DNA from: Antedon mediterranea | Taxonomy: Eukaryota > Animalia > Echinodermata | NCBI RefSeq assembly: GCF_964355755.1 | Contig: NC_092670.1 | Span: 8,298,201-8,362,200, forward strand | Length of the DNA: 64,000 bases | Reading direction: 5' to 3' | Part shown: piece after piece, positions 37,578 through 51,574 of the stretch | Position numbering within the stretch: the first letter of the stretch is position 1 | How the letters are laid out: each line of letters starts with the position of its first letter | The notes under the pieces: generated by a model | What the model was told of the DNA's origin: nothing | Database searches by the model: none | The model's input: the letters and a program-made list of their open reading frames with translations, nothing else | Made by a program: the position numbers and the translations under genes

Positions 37578-39779
37578 ATGGAGTTCAAATGTGAACACTG
37601 TGGAGATAAATTTGAGTTAAGTGATTTGAAGGAGCATTTAGGAATACATGTCCGTTTTAAAGAGTTAAAATGTGAAAACACAAACGATGTTGAACCACAA
37701 GATGAGACACCCTATGAGAAAGAAGGTGAGAATTTTGAAATAAACACTGCCATAGAAACTTCATATAAATGTGAACATTGTGAGAAGCAATTTGAACAAA
37801 AAGAAGATTTGAAACAACATTTGCAAATACACAAAGAAGAGAAACCATATGAATGTGAACAATGTAATAAAAGATTTAAACAGAATGCTAATTTCAAAAA
37901 ACATTTGAGAATTCACACAGGAGAAACACCATATGAATGTGAACATTGTAGGAAGAAATTTAAAGAAAGGGGGAATTTGAATAAACATTTGAGAGTACAC
38001 ACAGGAGAGAAACCATATGAATGTGAACATTGTGGAAAGAAATTTAGCTGCAGTCAGAATTTGAAAAAACATTTGAGAGTACACACAGGAGAAACACCAT
38101 ATGAATGTGAACATTGTGGGAAGAAATTTGCACAAAGCGGGGAAATGAAAGTTCATGTCAGAATTCACACAGGAGAAAAACCATATGAATGTGAACAATG
38201 TGGGAAGAAATTCGGAGCTAGTGGTTCTTTAAAAAAACATCTGAGAGTACATAGTGGAGAAAAACCATTTGAATGTAAATATTGTTCAAAGAAATTTAGC
38301 TCAAAAAAATATTTAATAGTACACACACGGTTACACACAGGAGAGCAACTATATGAATGTGAATATTGTGGGAAGAAAATTAACAATAAAGACAACTGGA
38401 GAAAACATGTGATGCTACACACAGGAGAGAGACCATATGAATGTGAGCATTGTGGAAAGAAATTTAGAGGTAATAGAAATTTAAAATTACATTTAAGAAT
38501 TCACACTGGAGAGAAACCATTTGAATGTGAATATTGTGGGAAGAAATTTAACGATAAAGGACAATGGAAAAAACATGTGATGCTACACACAGGAGAGAGA
38601 CCATATGGATGTGAGCATTGTGGAAAGAAATTTAGAGGCAATAAAAATTTAAAATTGCATTTGAGAATTCACACTGGAGAGAAACCATTTGAATGTGAAC
38701 ATTGTGGTAAGAAATTCCAATATCGGGAGACCTTCAAAAAACATTTGAGAATACACACAGGAGAAACACCTTATGAATGTGAACATTGTGGGATGAAATT
38801 TAAAGGAGGAAATCAATTGGAAATACATTTGAGAATTCACAATACAATAGCGCCACCATCGCATAATTTGGAACAGAACAAAGGTAATGTAAATTTAAAA
38901 TCACCGTTGAAAATACTCAGAGCGACACCATCTGGATCTTATGGATGTGAACAAAAATGTATAAATAATTTTATAGCACACAAGAGAGAGACTGAATCTA
39001 AATGTGAACATTGTGGAATAAAATTCAAAACTATTGAATATTTAAAATCGCATTTGAGAATACACATAAAAAAGGAAATACCGTCTTATGAATGTGAACA
39101 GAAATGTATAACTAATTTTATAACATACAAGAAAGAGACACCATATGAAATGGATTGGAAAGAAGAGACACCATATGGAATGGAACATAAAAGAGAGACA
39201 CCATATGGAAAGAAACATAAAGAGAAGACACCATATGGAATGGAACATAAAGAAAATAGTACACCACATGAAATAGAACATAAAGGAGATATACCATATG
39301 AAATGGAACATAAAGGAGAGACACCATATGAAATGGAACATAAAGGAGATATACCATATGAAATGGAACATAAAGGAGATATACCATATGAAATGGAACA
39401 TAAAGGAGATATACCATATGAAATGGAATATAAAGGAGATATACCATATGAAATGGAACATAAAGGAGAGACACCATATGAAATGGAATATAAAGGAGAT
39501 ATACCATATGAAATGGAACATAAAGGAGAGACACCATATGAAATGGAATATAAAGGAGAGACACCATATGAAATGGAACATAAAGGAGAGACACCATATG
39601 AAATGGAATATAAAGGAGAGATACCATATGAATATGAACATACAGGAGACACATCATATGGAATGGAACATTTAATACACAGAACACAGATACCATATGA
39701 AATGGAACAATTAATAGGCATAGGCCTACACACAGGAGAAACACCATATGAGATGGGAACATTGTGGGATCGAATTTAA
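37578..39779 (+). CDS. C2H2 ZF gene C: cap finger, 13 tandem fingers + 1, C-terminal 10-aa repeat
   Basis: Uninterrupted ORF; CAGCATG at 37578; TGE(K/T/R)P(Y/F)EC linkers. Candidate upstream donors G|GTAAGT at ~36502 and ~37008. Confidence 0.9.
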   Translation: MEFKCEHCGDKFELSDLKEHLGIHVRFKELKCENTNDVEPQDETPYEKEGENFEINTAIETSYKCEHCEKQFEQKEDLKQHLQIHKEEKPYECEQCNKRFKQNANFKKHLRIHTGETPYECEHCRKKFKERGNLNKHLRVHTGEKPYECEHCGKKFSCSQNLKKHLRVHTGETPYECEHCGKKFAQSGEMKVHVRIHTGEKPYECEQCGKKFGASGSLKKHLRVHSGEKPFECKYCSKKFSSKKYLIVHTRLHTGEQLYECEYCGKKINNKDNWRKHVMLHTGERPYECEHCGKKFRGNRNLKLHLRIHTGEKPFECEYCGKKFNDKGQWKKHVMLHTGERPYGCEHCGKKFRGNKNLKLHLRIHTGEKPFECEHCGKKFQYRETFKKHLRIHTGETPYECEHCGMKFKGGNQLEIHLRIHNTIAPPSHNLEQNKGNVNLKSPLKILRATPSGSYGCEQKCINNFIAHKRETESKCEHCGIKFKTIEYLKSHLRIHIKKEIPSYECEQKCITNFITYKKETPYEMDWKEETPYGMEHKRETPYGKKHKEKTPYGMEHKENSTPHEIEHKGDIPYEMEHKGETPYEMEHKGDIPYEMEHKGDIPYEMEHKGDIPYEMEYKGDIPYEMEHKGETPYEMEYKGDIPYEMEHKGETPYEMEYKGETPYEMEHKGETPYEMEYKGEIPYEYEHTGDTSYGMEHLIHRTQIPYEMEQLIGIGLHTGETPYEMGTLWDRI
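39141..39765 (+). repeat. Coding 30-bp tandem repeat, ~17 clear + 3 degenerate units ([12 protein letters not shown])
   Basis: Unit CCATATGAAATGGAA(C/T)ATAAAGGAGA(GACA/TATA), in frame within gene C. Confidence 0.95.
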
Positions 39780-40436
39780 CCAGAATGACAATTACATTAT
39801 ACTATTAATTTAACCATATCAAGTTTACTAGGGGGCCATATAAAGTTTATCCTACTGCCGTAACTACACTTAGGCATACTTGTAGGAGGGATCGAGGGGA
39901 GGGTGTAATGTTTATCGCAGTGACTATCTCAAATAACCTCATCCGTTCAGTAGTATAACTTTTGACCTGATCCTTAATTTTACTGTAAATATATTTAGAA
40001 GAATACATTGGTTAGATAATGTTTAAACTATAAGTTACTAATAAGTTACTAATACTGTAAAGATGTATTGTCCCCCAAACCGGTTAAAATCAATCAAAAA
40101 CACATTGTCTTCCAGACAATTTGTCTGCTTTAGCTTACAGTTTTTTTTACGTTTATATTTTTTTTCCGATCCAATTTGTGGTGAATAGTGAAGTGAATAA
40201 CTATTATGTAACATTAAAATGGCATATTCAACAAAACATTTAACAAAATTATTTTTTTCAGATTCAAAATATACCTTTAAACAATTAATTAATTTGTGCA
40301 GACATATGTCTTTTTTTCGTTTATAAACAATTAGCGTCATTATGACAGGGTACAGATGATGGTTGAAGTTAAACATGTTTGACATTAAATCTTTCGTTTT
40401 TTGATCATTTTTCTTTGTCTTTTTGTTTCAATTTAA

Positions 40437-40558
40437 AACAAGGCCATATAGGTGGCTGGCTGCAGTCGCGTGCTCAAGTTAGTGTTTATGACCAACCTAC
40501 CGACCAACCGACGGACCGACATAGTGAGTTGTAGAGTCGCGCTGCACGCGACTAAAAA
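40437..40558 (-). mobile_element. Short HINE/DINE-1-like element
   Basis: AACAAGGCCA...AGTCGCGTGCT...(CCGA/CCAA)n CCGACATAGTGAG...CACGCGACTAAAA. Confidence 0.7.
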
Positions 40559-41399
40559 CTTCAGTTCCTGTTTTAATACGGAGGTTGGAGAAAACGTTAG
40601 AAAATGTATTCGTACGTTCATGAAAAGCGGAATAATATCTAATTTTTCTACATAATTGCAAGACGTTCAGCGTACATTCGAACACTGTAGCCTACCTTTT
40701 ACAATTATTATAACAATTGGTAACGTAACAAAAGTCAACCACTAAAGTAAAAACAGTACTTTTTTGTAAGTGTGTGTGTGTCTATTTTCTATTGTTTGTT
40801 TCTTCTGTTGGATATTAATGGTGCTAAATCTTTTACATGAACGGAAGATGGAATCGTATTAATAGTAATAAAAGAGTATGCAAATTATGATGAATACTTT
40901 CGTTTGTCCCTTTTATTCAGATAATATTAGAACTAAATATATGATTTCCTTTAATTCAAATAACACAAATTGAAATATATTTATCGTTGTCTGCTACAAA
41001 TACTAATCTAGTGTTGTTTTAATTTAGACGTTCTAAAAGGAAAGCATGATGGTCAAATGAACAATGTGTAAGTTTATTTGTAGTTATTTGAATTACTGAA
41101 ACAAATTGTAATACAGTAATTCGTATTAAAAATATATAATTTGCTATTTACCACTTTCAGCTGAATATGCCTCACTTTAGTCAAATGAACAATGTGTAAG
41201 TTTATTTGTAATTATTTGAATTACTGAAACAAATTGTAATACTTCTTCTTCTCTAGACTTCTGGTCAAGGGCATTTATACAGCACATAGGCCAGAGGCCC
41301 GAAGTAAACCGATATCTTTTCTCCTTTCTGCCCACAGGTATCAGGAGACATCAGCGACATTCATCCAGATGAGCACCATGAAATAATATGTAATAATAT

Positions 41400-41551
41400 G
41401 TTCTTGTTGTGAGTTTTTAATATTGGTATTGTTGTATTGTCATGTTATTTTATATATTGTAATTATGATGTATTTGAAGACGAGCAATGTAAATTTTCTC
41501 CTTGTGGGAACGAATAAAGATTATACTTGATACTTGATACTTGATACTTGT
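41400..41551 (+). mobile_element. Probable 3' tail of a non-LTR retroelement
   Basis: T-rich UTR-like stretch, AATAAA at ~41513, then (ATACTTG)4. 5' boundary unknown. Confidence 0.4.
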
Positions 41552-42174
41552 ACATATTATTATATTATTTACAAAAATTAGATGCAGAAAGAAATATTTC
41601 TTTTTTTAATTCACAAAAAATGTATTTAGACATATTTTCCATTAAAGTGATATTTCTGGAAGCCATTAAAATAATGAACTTACTTTCAGAAGGGAAATTA
41701 TAAAACTAAACTGGTAATAACTCATGACGTAACTTATTTAGAATGGACAAATTAACAGAAAGTGATATTCATCATCTATGTTATTGCTATGACATAATTT
41801 ATATATTCTATAGTAATTCGTATTAAAAATACATAATTTGCTTTTTACCACTTTCAGCTGAATATGCCTCACTTTTTATTGAGGGTAAGTGTTCAATTAA
41901 AACAGATCAGATGATAATTTAAAAGTTATATTGTTCTGTTTCAAAACAAATTGACTTAATATATAATAGTCAATTAACACAACCTTTACAATTATACACA
42001 AATATTTTTTTGAAAAAGTAGAATTTCAAAAGTATTATAAAGGCGTGTATCCTACTGTATTATGCAATTTCTATTGTAGTGTTCAATCAAGTCCACCCAA
42101 TTTCATCGCCACGCCACTCTAACAATTGTTTTATGTTATTGTCCCGGTGGGTGCATTACAATCAATTAGTAAAA

Positions 42175-42302
42175 TAATCTAATTTGCATATACAGTCTCA
42201 GCCAATTACGTGTCCTGCCGGTCTTGCTGAAGACTTCTTTTCCTCCCATTCCATTAATAGGCAGCAAGTGGACGACTGATGAGAGACGATAATTAGGTAG
42301 GT
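42175..42302 (+). promoter_or_regulatory. Putative promoter and first exon of ZF gene D2
   Basis: ATTTGCAT (42182), CCAAT (42202), then GGCAGC...ACGACTGA...AGACGATAATTAG|GTAGGT, homologous to the block upstream of the B genes. Confidence 0.45.
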
Positions 42303-43165
42303 AGGTAGGTAGGGTTGCCACAACTAAGTTTAAACTTTTATACGTTAATTGTTGCCCTTCCAAGTTTTTACGAATTGTTGTGTTTGCCTAAATTGTCTAT
42401 ACTCTACACCCATTTCTGTTGTTTTCTTTTTCTCCTTACTTTTTGAAAAGTTTACTTGTGTTCAACATTCTAAATACTATTAGCAGCATAAACATTGAGG
42501 TACTCAATTGAGGGACTGTGTATTAGCAAAGGAAAAGAGGAGTTTTTTTATGATTCGTACACATTTAAATATTTTAGATGTATTCACTATTTCTTTCAAT
42601 TGAGGCAATCACGGTGTATAATGTTACATGTATGTATTTGGACCATGTTTCTTACGACGATACGAGAACTACAGTACTGTATAGATTAAAAACAGGTTTT
42701 CCGATTCCCTATACATTTTCAGTGTAAATATAAATTATTCTAATTTATAAATAATAGCGGAACCAGAAGGCAGGATATAAAAGTTGTAAAATGAAGTGAA
42801 GTGTCCAATATTTTACATTAAAATTGAGGGGTGTGGGGCTTCCCCTTCCTTCTGGATCCATGACGTGAAAAGTTACCCACTGCGTCCGTTCTTCGATTCT
42901 TTCTGGAAAGCTTGGACAGCTTTACCTCAGGCGGCTGGTGAATGTTGTTACATCTCCCTGGTTAAATGTACTAATGGGAACTTTTCCACTTTGATCCACG
43001 TGTACCAGTACGTGTACTGAAAAATACAGGGTTTATTATTTCCATTCTTTTTATATTCTTTTTCTTTCAAATTTTTATTTAGATATATGTGGAGAACGAC
43101 GATTGAAATTTGACTTTATTGATAAACAAAAACTAATCGATCAAGTAAAAAAGAGGAAAACCAAC

Positions 43166-44338
43166 ATGAAGTACAAATGTGAACACTGTGGAGATAAATT
43201 TGAGTTAAGTGATTTGAAGGAACATTTAGGAATACATGTGCATTTTAAAGAGTTAAAAGACTACGAGCATTTTCAACTACATGATCAAAAACGAAAAGAA
43301 ATTGAGAATTTGGAAATACACACCACCGAAGAAACTTCATTTGAACATTTTGGGAATAAAGAAAATGAGAATTTAGGAGTATGCACCGATGAAGAAACTT
43401 CGTATGAATGTGAAAATTGTGGAATGCAATTTAACAAAATTGATGTTTTAAATAAACATTTGAAAATACACACAAGCGAGACACCATATGAATGTGAACA
43501 TTGTGGAAAAAATTTTAAACAGAATGCTAATTTCAAAAAACATTTGAGAATTCACACAGGAGAAACACCATATGAATGTGAACATTGTAGGAAGAAATTT
43601 AAAGAAAGGGGGAATTTGAATAAACATTTGAGAGTACACACAGGAGAGAAACCATATGAATGTGAACATTGTGGAAAGAAATTTAGCTGCAGTCAGAATT
43701 TGAAAAAACATTTGAGAGTACACACAGGAGAAACACCATATGAATGTGAACATTGTGGAAGAAAATTTAAACAAAGTGGAAAATTAAAAGTACACGTTAG
43801 ATCTCACACGGGAGAGACGCCATTTGAATGTGAACAATGTGGTAAGAAATTCAAAGCTAATGCAAATTTGAAAGATCATTTTAGAGTACATACAGAAGAG
43901 ACGCCATATGAATGTATATTTTGTACAAAGAAATTTAAGTCTAATGGGTCTTTAAACTCACATTTGAAATTACACACAGGAAACTTACCATATGAATGTG
44001 AACAATGTGGGAGGAAATGTGCCTCTAATGGAATATTAAAAAAACATTTGAGAATTCACAGAGAAGAGAGACCATATGAATGTGAACATTGTGGGAAGAC
44101 ATTTAAAACAAATGAAGGATTAAAATCACATTTGAAAACACATGGAGAGCCACGGTATAAATGCGAATATTGTGGAGTGAAATACCAAGATAAAAGGTGC
44201 TTCCAAATGCATTTGGAAAGACACACAATAGGGAATGAATGTGAAGATTATATTATCAAATCCAATTGCAATGATATGTTTAACTTACGCACAGAAGAGA
44301 CATCGCATGGTAACATTTATAACTTGCATACATTTTAA
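43166..44338 (+). CDS. C2H2 ZF gene D, copy 2: cap finger, acidic spacer, 10 fingers
   Basis: Intact ORF; polypyrimidine acceptor ending at 43082; CAACATG at 43166. Confidence 0.9.
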   Translation: MKYKCEHCGDKFELSDLKEHLGIHVHFKELKDYEHFQLHDQKRKEIENLEIHTTEETSFEHFGNKENENLGVCTDEETSYECENCGMQFNKIDVLNKHLKIHTSETPYECEHCGKNFKQNANFKKHLRIHTGETPYECEHCRKKFKERGNLNKHLRVHTGEKPYECEHCGKKFSCSQNLKKHLRVHTGETPYECEHCGRKFKQSGKLKVHVRSHTGETPFECEQCGKKFKANANLKDHFRVHTEETPYECIFCTKKFKSNGSLNSHLKLHTGNLPYECEQCGRKCASNGILKKHLRIHREERPYECEHCGKTFKTNEGLKSHLKTHGEPRYKCEYCGVKYQDKRCFQMHLERHTIGNECEDYIIKSNCNDMFNLRTEETSHGNIYNLHTF

Positions 44339-45409
44339 ATAACATGTGAGAATACACACAAGAGAGCCGAACATTGTGTACACAATGTGTAATGTCTCTA
44401 TTTTAATTTTACAGCGAATAATATTAAGATACCAGTGCATTTTAGAATAACAGAAGAAATTGAGCGTTATTTATTTTTTCCATTAAAAGTATTTTTCTTG
44501 TATTAAATAAGTTTTAATTTGATTGGCCTTGATTGATTTCTTGTAGGAAAGAACATCTATGAATTTTACATCATTTTTAGGAGGTTGATGTTATGACATA
44601 GGTTTTAAACGAATAATACTGCTTTTTAATAAGTGTCAATTTTATCATACAATGTGAATACTGTACGTTGTATTACTATTTCAAATCGTTTTGTTTAATA
44701 TCTGCTTCTTTTTTGTTATGTTTGCCCATTTTTGAGCAACAGTAGTTTTGGCCAATCACAAAACAGTACAAGTTCTACCGTACAGTGTGTACTGTATGAA
44801 ATCGCACACAATTTCAATACTGGTATGTTATGTATCGTACTGTATTTGTTAAGTTATGTTGTTGTGAAGTGTTGGACTTAAACCACACAAAATGATTCAT
44901 TTTCGTTCTATTGTATATAGCTTTGGTTTTTATTATTTATTGTTCTAATTTTGTGGCTGTAACGCTTAACCCTCTACTACAATAAATTGAAGATGTCCTA
45001 TACCATTCTCTATTTGCCTTTACTAATCGCACCGATTTTTCTTTACGATAGCTAAATGTGTTAAAATAATATTACACAAAAGACAACACAGGCACACTTA
45101 AGTTATGTCGTTATTGCTATTTTAATTATATTTAATTTGGTATATGATGCAAAGGCAAAGTTATTCTTTATTTGCTACTTAAATTTAAAGTTACAAAATT
45201 CATCACTGATCACTCAGTAGAAATTGTTATTTTCATTTGCAAGCTTGCATTAAACCTTAAGAAATAACATTTTCATAAATAGGCCTAAAGACATTTTTAT
45301 AAAATTTCTTAATTTAAAACAATAAAAGGCGTAGGCCTATAATTGAAAAAAGAATGAGGCCTAAAATGGATTTTTTTTTTTAAATAATTATAACATAGAG
45401 GAAATGTTT

Positions 45410-45590
45410 TTCCGATGGCTGACGGCTATAGTGACAATGAATTGAGACGGATCGCCAACTTGGTCGGTCTTCAGTAAGTTGATATATTATATGAGTAGGC
45501 CTAGGTTGTCCAATTTTTATTCTATCAAACCATCTTGACTTTGGTCGTCCTGGTCTCGAGCACTTTTCTATTTTTCCTTGCATTCTAGTA
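45410..45590 (-). mobile_element. 3' remnant of an RTE-clade non-LTR retrotransposon
   Basis: Translation MQGKIEKCSRPGRPKSRWFDRIK...LTEDRPSWR. Confidence 0.6.
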
Positions 45591-46544
45591 AAATTTTCGA
45601 AATAATATACAGTAAGCCTATATAGGCTCCTACAAAACGAAAATTATTATGAACAGAATAAATTATTCAAATGAAGAAACTCTTTGAATCCTACTATAAT
45701 TTCATTTAAATCTAAACTACTAGTAGTATTCGGTTGACGTTAATTAATTCCTTTGATGCCTCATCATGTTTGCAAGATAAAATAGGCCTCCCGGGATAGG
45801 CCTATATGCTCTTTTGGTTGAGGCAAAGAATATATCACAAGAATGAGTATTCCGCGATTTTTGCATGATTAATTTTTAACAGAGAGCTGAGCTCCAGAGA
45901 GTGATGCCCGCCCTCATAAGGGCGGATGTATACATACTAAATAAGACTTGATTTAATAGATTATACATGTCACATTAAATAGAATTATAATATGATAATA
46001 TATTTTGCAATTGTAAACTATTTTATAATACATATTTATTAAGAAACTAGTGTACATTCACTTTTACAGACAATTATTTACTAACATGCTAAATTAGTTC
46101 ACAAAAAAGGCCTAACACAGCAACACCAAAAATCAACGAATCGTTACTCAACACGGCCTATTCTTTACCATTGCCGCGTACTACTCTACGCCCGGTAAAT
46201 TAAGTATTGTTTTTATGATATAAATTAGTATAAAATACATGTTATTAACAGGATAAAATGTTAAATTTCATTAACATTTATTTTGTTTTACCAGAAACAA
46301 GTTAAATATAGGAATATTATTAAACTATCCTTCGTGAAAACGCGTAAACACCAACACGCCCGGTCACGCTATCGTAGCGCCCGGTTGATAAAGCGAACTG
46401 TTTATACGGCAGTTTTTACTAAATAAATTGCCTAAAACGAACAATTAAATATCCAAACAGCATTTAACATGATGTTGGCATGTAGTTGATAACATTTTTT
46501 AATGATGAAAATACTACCGGTGGTCCAGCCTTTGATTAGTGAAA

Positions 46545-49500
46545 CCAAAGATAGTGTAAGTAGGAAGATGTTACACTTCGCTAAAAAATTAGAGAACCGC
46601 TCGAGATAGGGCGCCTCTCACGACGAGTAGAGATAGACGAATCTGAAACATGAGGAGCGCAATGGCAAAGGCCAATGAAAATGGTGTTTTCGGCAATAAA
46701 TTGTAGAAATAAGCTACAAAAAACAAACAAAAACTTCTTTTTTGTCTTTATTATACAAAGTTAAAAACTAATATGATGTTTTCATACTGTTTTTGGATCT
46801 TTTTAATTGTTAATACATTTATTTGGAGTGAGTTTTGTCATGACATGACTGTAAACACTGAGCTAGGATCAGGAGGAGGCTTACGCGCGCCTGTAGACGC
46901 ATTCATGAATGGATGCTGGTCATCTCGTACCCAAACCAACCCGTACCCAAACCAACCCGTACTCAGGGGTGGCGCCAGGATCTTCCCGACGCGGGGGCTA
47001 CATTCCCCGACGAGGGGGCTATGCGAGCGAAGCGAGCATCACTAGGCTGGGGGCCAGGGGGCCGCCAAGGGCCCCCGGTTGGGGTCCAGGGGGCGACGCC
47101 CCCGGAAGCAACGCGTTCTAGCGTCATTTGAGGTCATTTTAATCAGATTTAGGGTAGCCATTTTTTCCATTTTTTATAATGCATAAATAAAATACTGCGT
47201 GCAAAAAAACGATGCGCGATGACTGTTTCAATCTATATTTTTCAATTTAAAAAATAAAAGTTCAAAGAAAATTTAGAAAAATAGAGTTGGAGGTCCCGGA
47301 AATTGGACTTATTATACTTCAAAACATGAAACAAAATATATAAGTCCCTATCAAGGTTGTGACTGAGCTAAGAAATGTTTGAAAAATAGAGATGTTAGGT
47401 CCCGGAAAATGCACTTCTTGTACTTCGAAATATGACCAGCTTTATTGTTGGGGCTGAGCTAAGAAACTGTTTAAAACTAGAGCTGCAGGTCTTCAAAAAA
47501 TTGCATTTTATACTTCGGAAACATCAGGCCTAGAGGCTTAAAAAACGCAAGCGTAGACCTTTTTCAGTCGGGGAAATAAGTTTATTCCTCCCAAGTGTAT
47601 GCGTGCGTACCATCTGGACTCCCGAGTGGTGAGAAATTCATGACATACAGGACATTGAAAATGTAATAACTTAGCTATAATAAGATGTTGGCTAAGCGAA
47701 AATGGCATGTTTTTTTGTTTAGTAATGGATGAAAAATGTTTTTTAGGTGCCCCACGGTACAGAAGGTTACTTGTAAATTTAAAAAATTGGTGAACATACG
47801 AACAATTAACATAATTCGTTTTTGCTGTAGTGTAGCGTACGTCGACGCAGTACACGATGTAACCGTCAGTAAACTTCGCCTGGAAAATAACTACAGTACA
47901 CATTTTGGTCCCTGGATGGAACATGATATCACGCGTCTCGACCCAACGTTGAACGATTCGTACAAAGGGATACCGCCAGACAAGTGCGAACCTAGCTATT
48001 GTTTAGTAGTAAGTTAGATCGCTGGCAATAATGAATGCATATAAAGTGCATAATATCACTCTGACGTACTCTCACGGTCAATGAAACGTCGCGGTTTTCT
48101 AGGTGCTGAAGCTAGCTACGAAGTGAACGCGAACGCTTTTTACTGTATATTATATTCCCCGACAAAAAGTACCCGTGTTCCCTTCGGTAACCGTCGGTAA
48201 ACTTCGCCTAGAAAATAACTACATTACACATTTTGGTCCCTGGATGGAACTTGATATCACGCGTCTCGACCCAACGTTGAACGATTCGTACTGAGGGATA
48301 CCGCCAGACAAGTGCGTACCTAGCTAATGTTTAGTAGTAAGTTAGATCGCTGGCAATAAAATGAATGCATAAAAGTGCATAATAGCCCTCTGACGTACTC
48401 TCACGGTCAATGGAACGTCGTGGTTTTCTAGGCGCTGAAGCTATATGAAGTGAACGCGAACGTTTTTTACTGTATATTATATTCCCCGACAAAAAGTACC
48501 CGTGTTCCCCGACGGGGGGAGGGGGGCTAGAGCCCCCGTAGCCCCCCCCCCCATCCCCCCCCCCCCCCCCCCCCCGCTGGTGCCACCACTGACCCGTACC
48601 CATAAAAACTCTTACCTATTGGTAAACCCCAGTTAAGTCTGAAGTCATAATGCAAATTTTACAGTATACAGTATTGTTGTTGACAAACAATATATGATTT
48701 ATGAACAAATGATAGCAATTCTTCTGCAATTTCTATAAAACTCTAGGGGTAGAATCTGTAAATTCATTTCTATAGAAATTATCTGTTTCTATAGATTAAC
48801 ATAGAATTAAAAACTTCTATAGATAGAACATTTTTTGTAAGGGTAGTATAATGAAAGAGGGTAAAGTAGGCCTCCCCACGGATATTTTTTTCTTGATATA
48901 ACCTTACCAATAATGAACTCATTGGCTTATAATTAATAGTATCAATAATGTTAGGCGTTACATAATCAGGGCATATACAATTACGATGAATGCACGAAAG
49001 TTCGGAGTGTTACAAGCATAATATAAAAATTAGTTACAGTATTATTAAATTATTAAAATTAATAGATAATTAACAATAATTGGTTTTTTTTTCAGTAAAA
49101 AAACATACTCGTAGTCCTAAATTCCTATAATGTACAAGCCTACTGGTACCGTATTCAGTGTATGCAGATCGACTATTTGTATGATATTATTGATTATAAT
49201 AAATATTGATTGATTGATTGATTATTGATTACATGCCATAAACTACCTATTCTCTTTTATTACCCATTTAAATATCAACCAAACGTAATCGATTATTATA
49301 TAGGCATACACATTGTAGGCCTATTTACCACTCTATAAGCTCCTAATATATTTATTCACTCTGATGAAGAAGTGTTTCTAAAGCTAGGTATTAAATTTTC
49401 TATCTCTGTCCAATGATAAACAATTAAATGTAAATAATTTTAAAAGGTTCAATTGATTTGCAAATAAAAACATTAAAATAAAAGAAATAAAATACGGGTA

Positions 49501-49813
49501 GATAAATTCCAGGTACCTAAACAATTCCAGGTAATTGAAACACACATTTGTATTCCAAAGCATGTAAATATGATTCATTTGCACTTTCTATAAAGATAAA
49601 ATTACATTTTATATGTTAATTCGTATTAAATCTTAATTTTACAATCATATTATTCTACTGTTATAATAGCCTATTTCCTATACAATAACTTTCCGTATCC
49701 CTACTCGACGTGCGAGGCGCCCTTTAAATTTAGCTCCATGTTGATTGTTGTCTCGCTTTTATTTGCATTGAACGAATAGGAAGTGTAACATCTTCCTACT
49801 ACACTATCTTTGG
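46545..49813. mobile_element. Unclassified TIR element with a 5-bp TSD, carrying a nested hAT
   Basis: ~35-bp TIR CCAAAGATAGTGTA(A)GTAGGAAGATGTTACACTTC at 46545, inverted copy ending at 49813. TGAAA on both sides (46540-46544, 49814-49818). Confidence 0.8.
46964..48591 (+). mobile_element. Non-autonomous hAT-like transposon, copy 2
   Basis: Same TIRs and body as 6047..7895. Flanked by ACCCGTAC on both sides (one extra T on the left). Two internal ~320-bp units instead of three. Confidence 0.88.
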
Positions 49814-51574
49814 TGAAATTAACCGTCACAAAAAGTTGTATACATCCCGGATACATCCTCACTTATGGCGGCGCCCTACCACATGGACAATATTATTGTT
49901 ACAGGGAAAATCGCGGATTACTAATTCTTGTGATATTTATTCTTTGGTTCTTGAGGACACACACACCACGCCACACGACACGTGGTTGGAGGAGAATAGA
50001 GAGACACATGTGACATACACATTTCAACGGGTTGATTTCACCAAAGATAGTGTTTGATTTCACTGTAAAGATAATGTACTTACAATACTAATGATTGATG
50101 AATATTTAAGTTAAGGTAGCTATGCTAGTTACTATACATTACTTCTAGGTATAGGCCTCCTAGGCATGTTATTTCATGAAGTGATATACTCAATGGTTAA
50201 GTAATTAATTTACTACCTAGCAGCTAGAATTTCGCTAGTATAGTAGTAACATGATAACCGATCAGTGCTACTGAAAGGTCGCAATTCAAATCGGCCGTGG
50301 TGTTACGTATTCGGTCGCTGCACCGCTCGACTTTCAGTTTCAGGAAAATATATCTATGGCTATTATTAGTATTACTAATATTTATGACGAAATTTCTCAG
50401 GCAGAAAAATCATAAATCATTCATGAGATTAAAGCATCAATTAGGACATTACCAGGTCCGTAACCAACCAGGTTTGATGGCGGGGTGGATTGTTTAAATT
50501 GTTTAGTGGAACAGATTCGTGTTTCTGGACTATATAATTTGGTGTAATTTCTTCACTATTTATAGAGCGCCATATGCCATTTTTGAAGAATGTGACACTG
50601 CCAGACATACGGACGAAAAAGTATTGAAATAAGAAAAAAAGTTCATTGCGGCCTACCACGACACACTCGACGCACACCCACCACAGATGATACGGCAACT
50701 CCCTGCTGTTATCGTTAAAAAGAGCCTGTCATAAACTCGTGCATCCACTTTAGACTAACTGACTGCGCGAAGTAGGCCTACACGACGTACACGCACGCGC
50801 CAGGTGATACATCCTTCCTGCGCGTTCCATAAGTTCTTTTTAAAAGATCCAAACGTCTTGGTGTTTGGTAGTTCAAATTTGTATTTTTAAGCGTAAAACT
50901 AATAATTAGTAGTAATAAATGGTTTTGGTTGTAATTAGGCTATTGACTTGTAAAATAAATTCGTAAGTCTTTTGCTAAATGAATGTCGATTTAAATTGAA
51001 TAATCTCTTTTTATTAAGGCTTGACTAGGCCTGTAGTATAAAATCGTAGTGTTAGTATGCCCAGCAAAAAAAAAAGTGGGAGGCCAAACAAAACCCTGAT
51101 CCCCCTGAGCCTATACCGGACTATATAATAAGTATTTATATCAGCCTTATTATATATATACAGTATATTAAAGAACTACAACATCGTTTTAGTCATATGG
51201 TACACTACCAGCCATCTTTGAGTGACTATTCCACTGGAGTTGAATCCTTTGTTATAAAAAAAAATGCATACCGTTCACAAATTTAATATTAAAACAATCC
51301 ATTTGTTTAAATGGTTTTGTTAAAATAAGTGGTACAGTAATTGGAAATATAACAAACATAATAAAGTAAAGAAAAAGAGTAATCAAAATTATAAATAGAG
51401 AAAATATACAACTAGATTTGAACTCGTCACGGTGACGAGTTAGGCTATCCCGCAATGCATCGTAACAGTAAGCTGCACCACAGCGATTGTACAAACAGCA
51501 TAGCATCGATCAAAATCGTTTAGTTGACGGTTAGTTTTTATTTTACACCACTCGCGTTTATTTAATTGTTTGAA

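Noticed and set aside
48541-48575. Poly-C run and Gly-rich minus-strand ORF 48331..48603
   Set aside because: Homopolymer expansion in the hAT subterminal region (C7 in the other copy); not coding.
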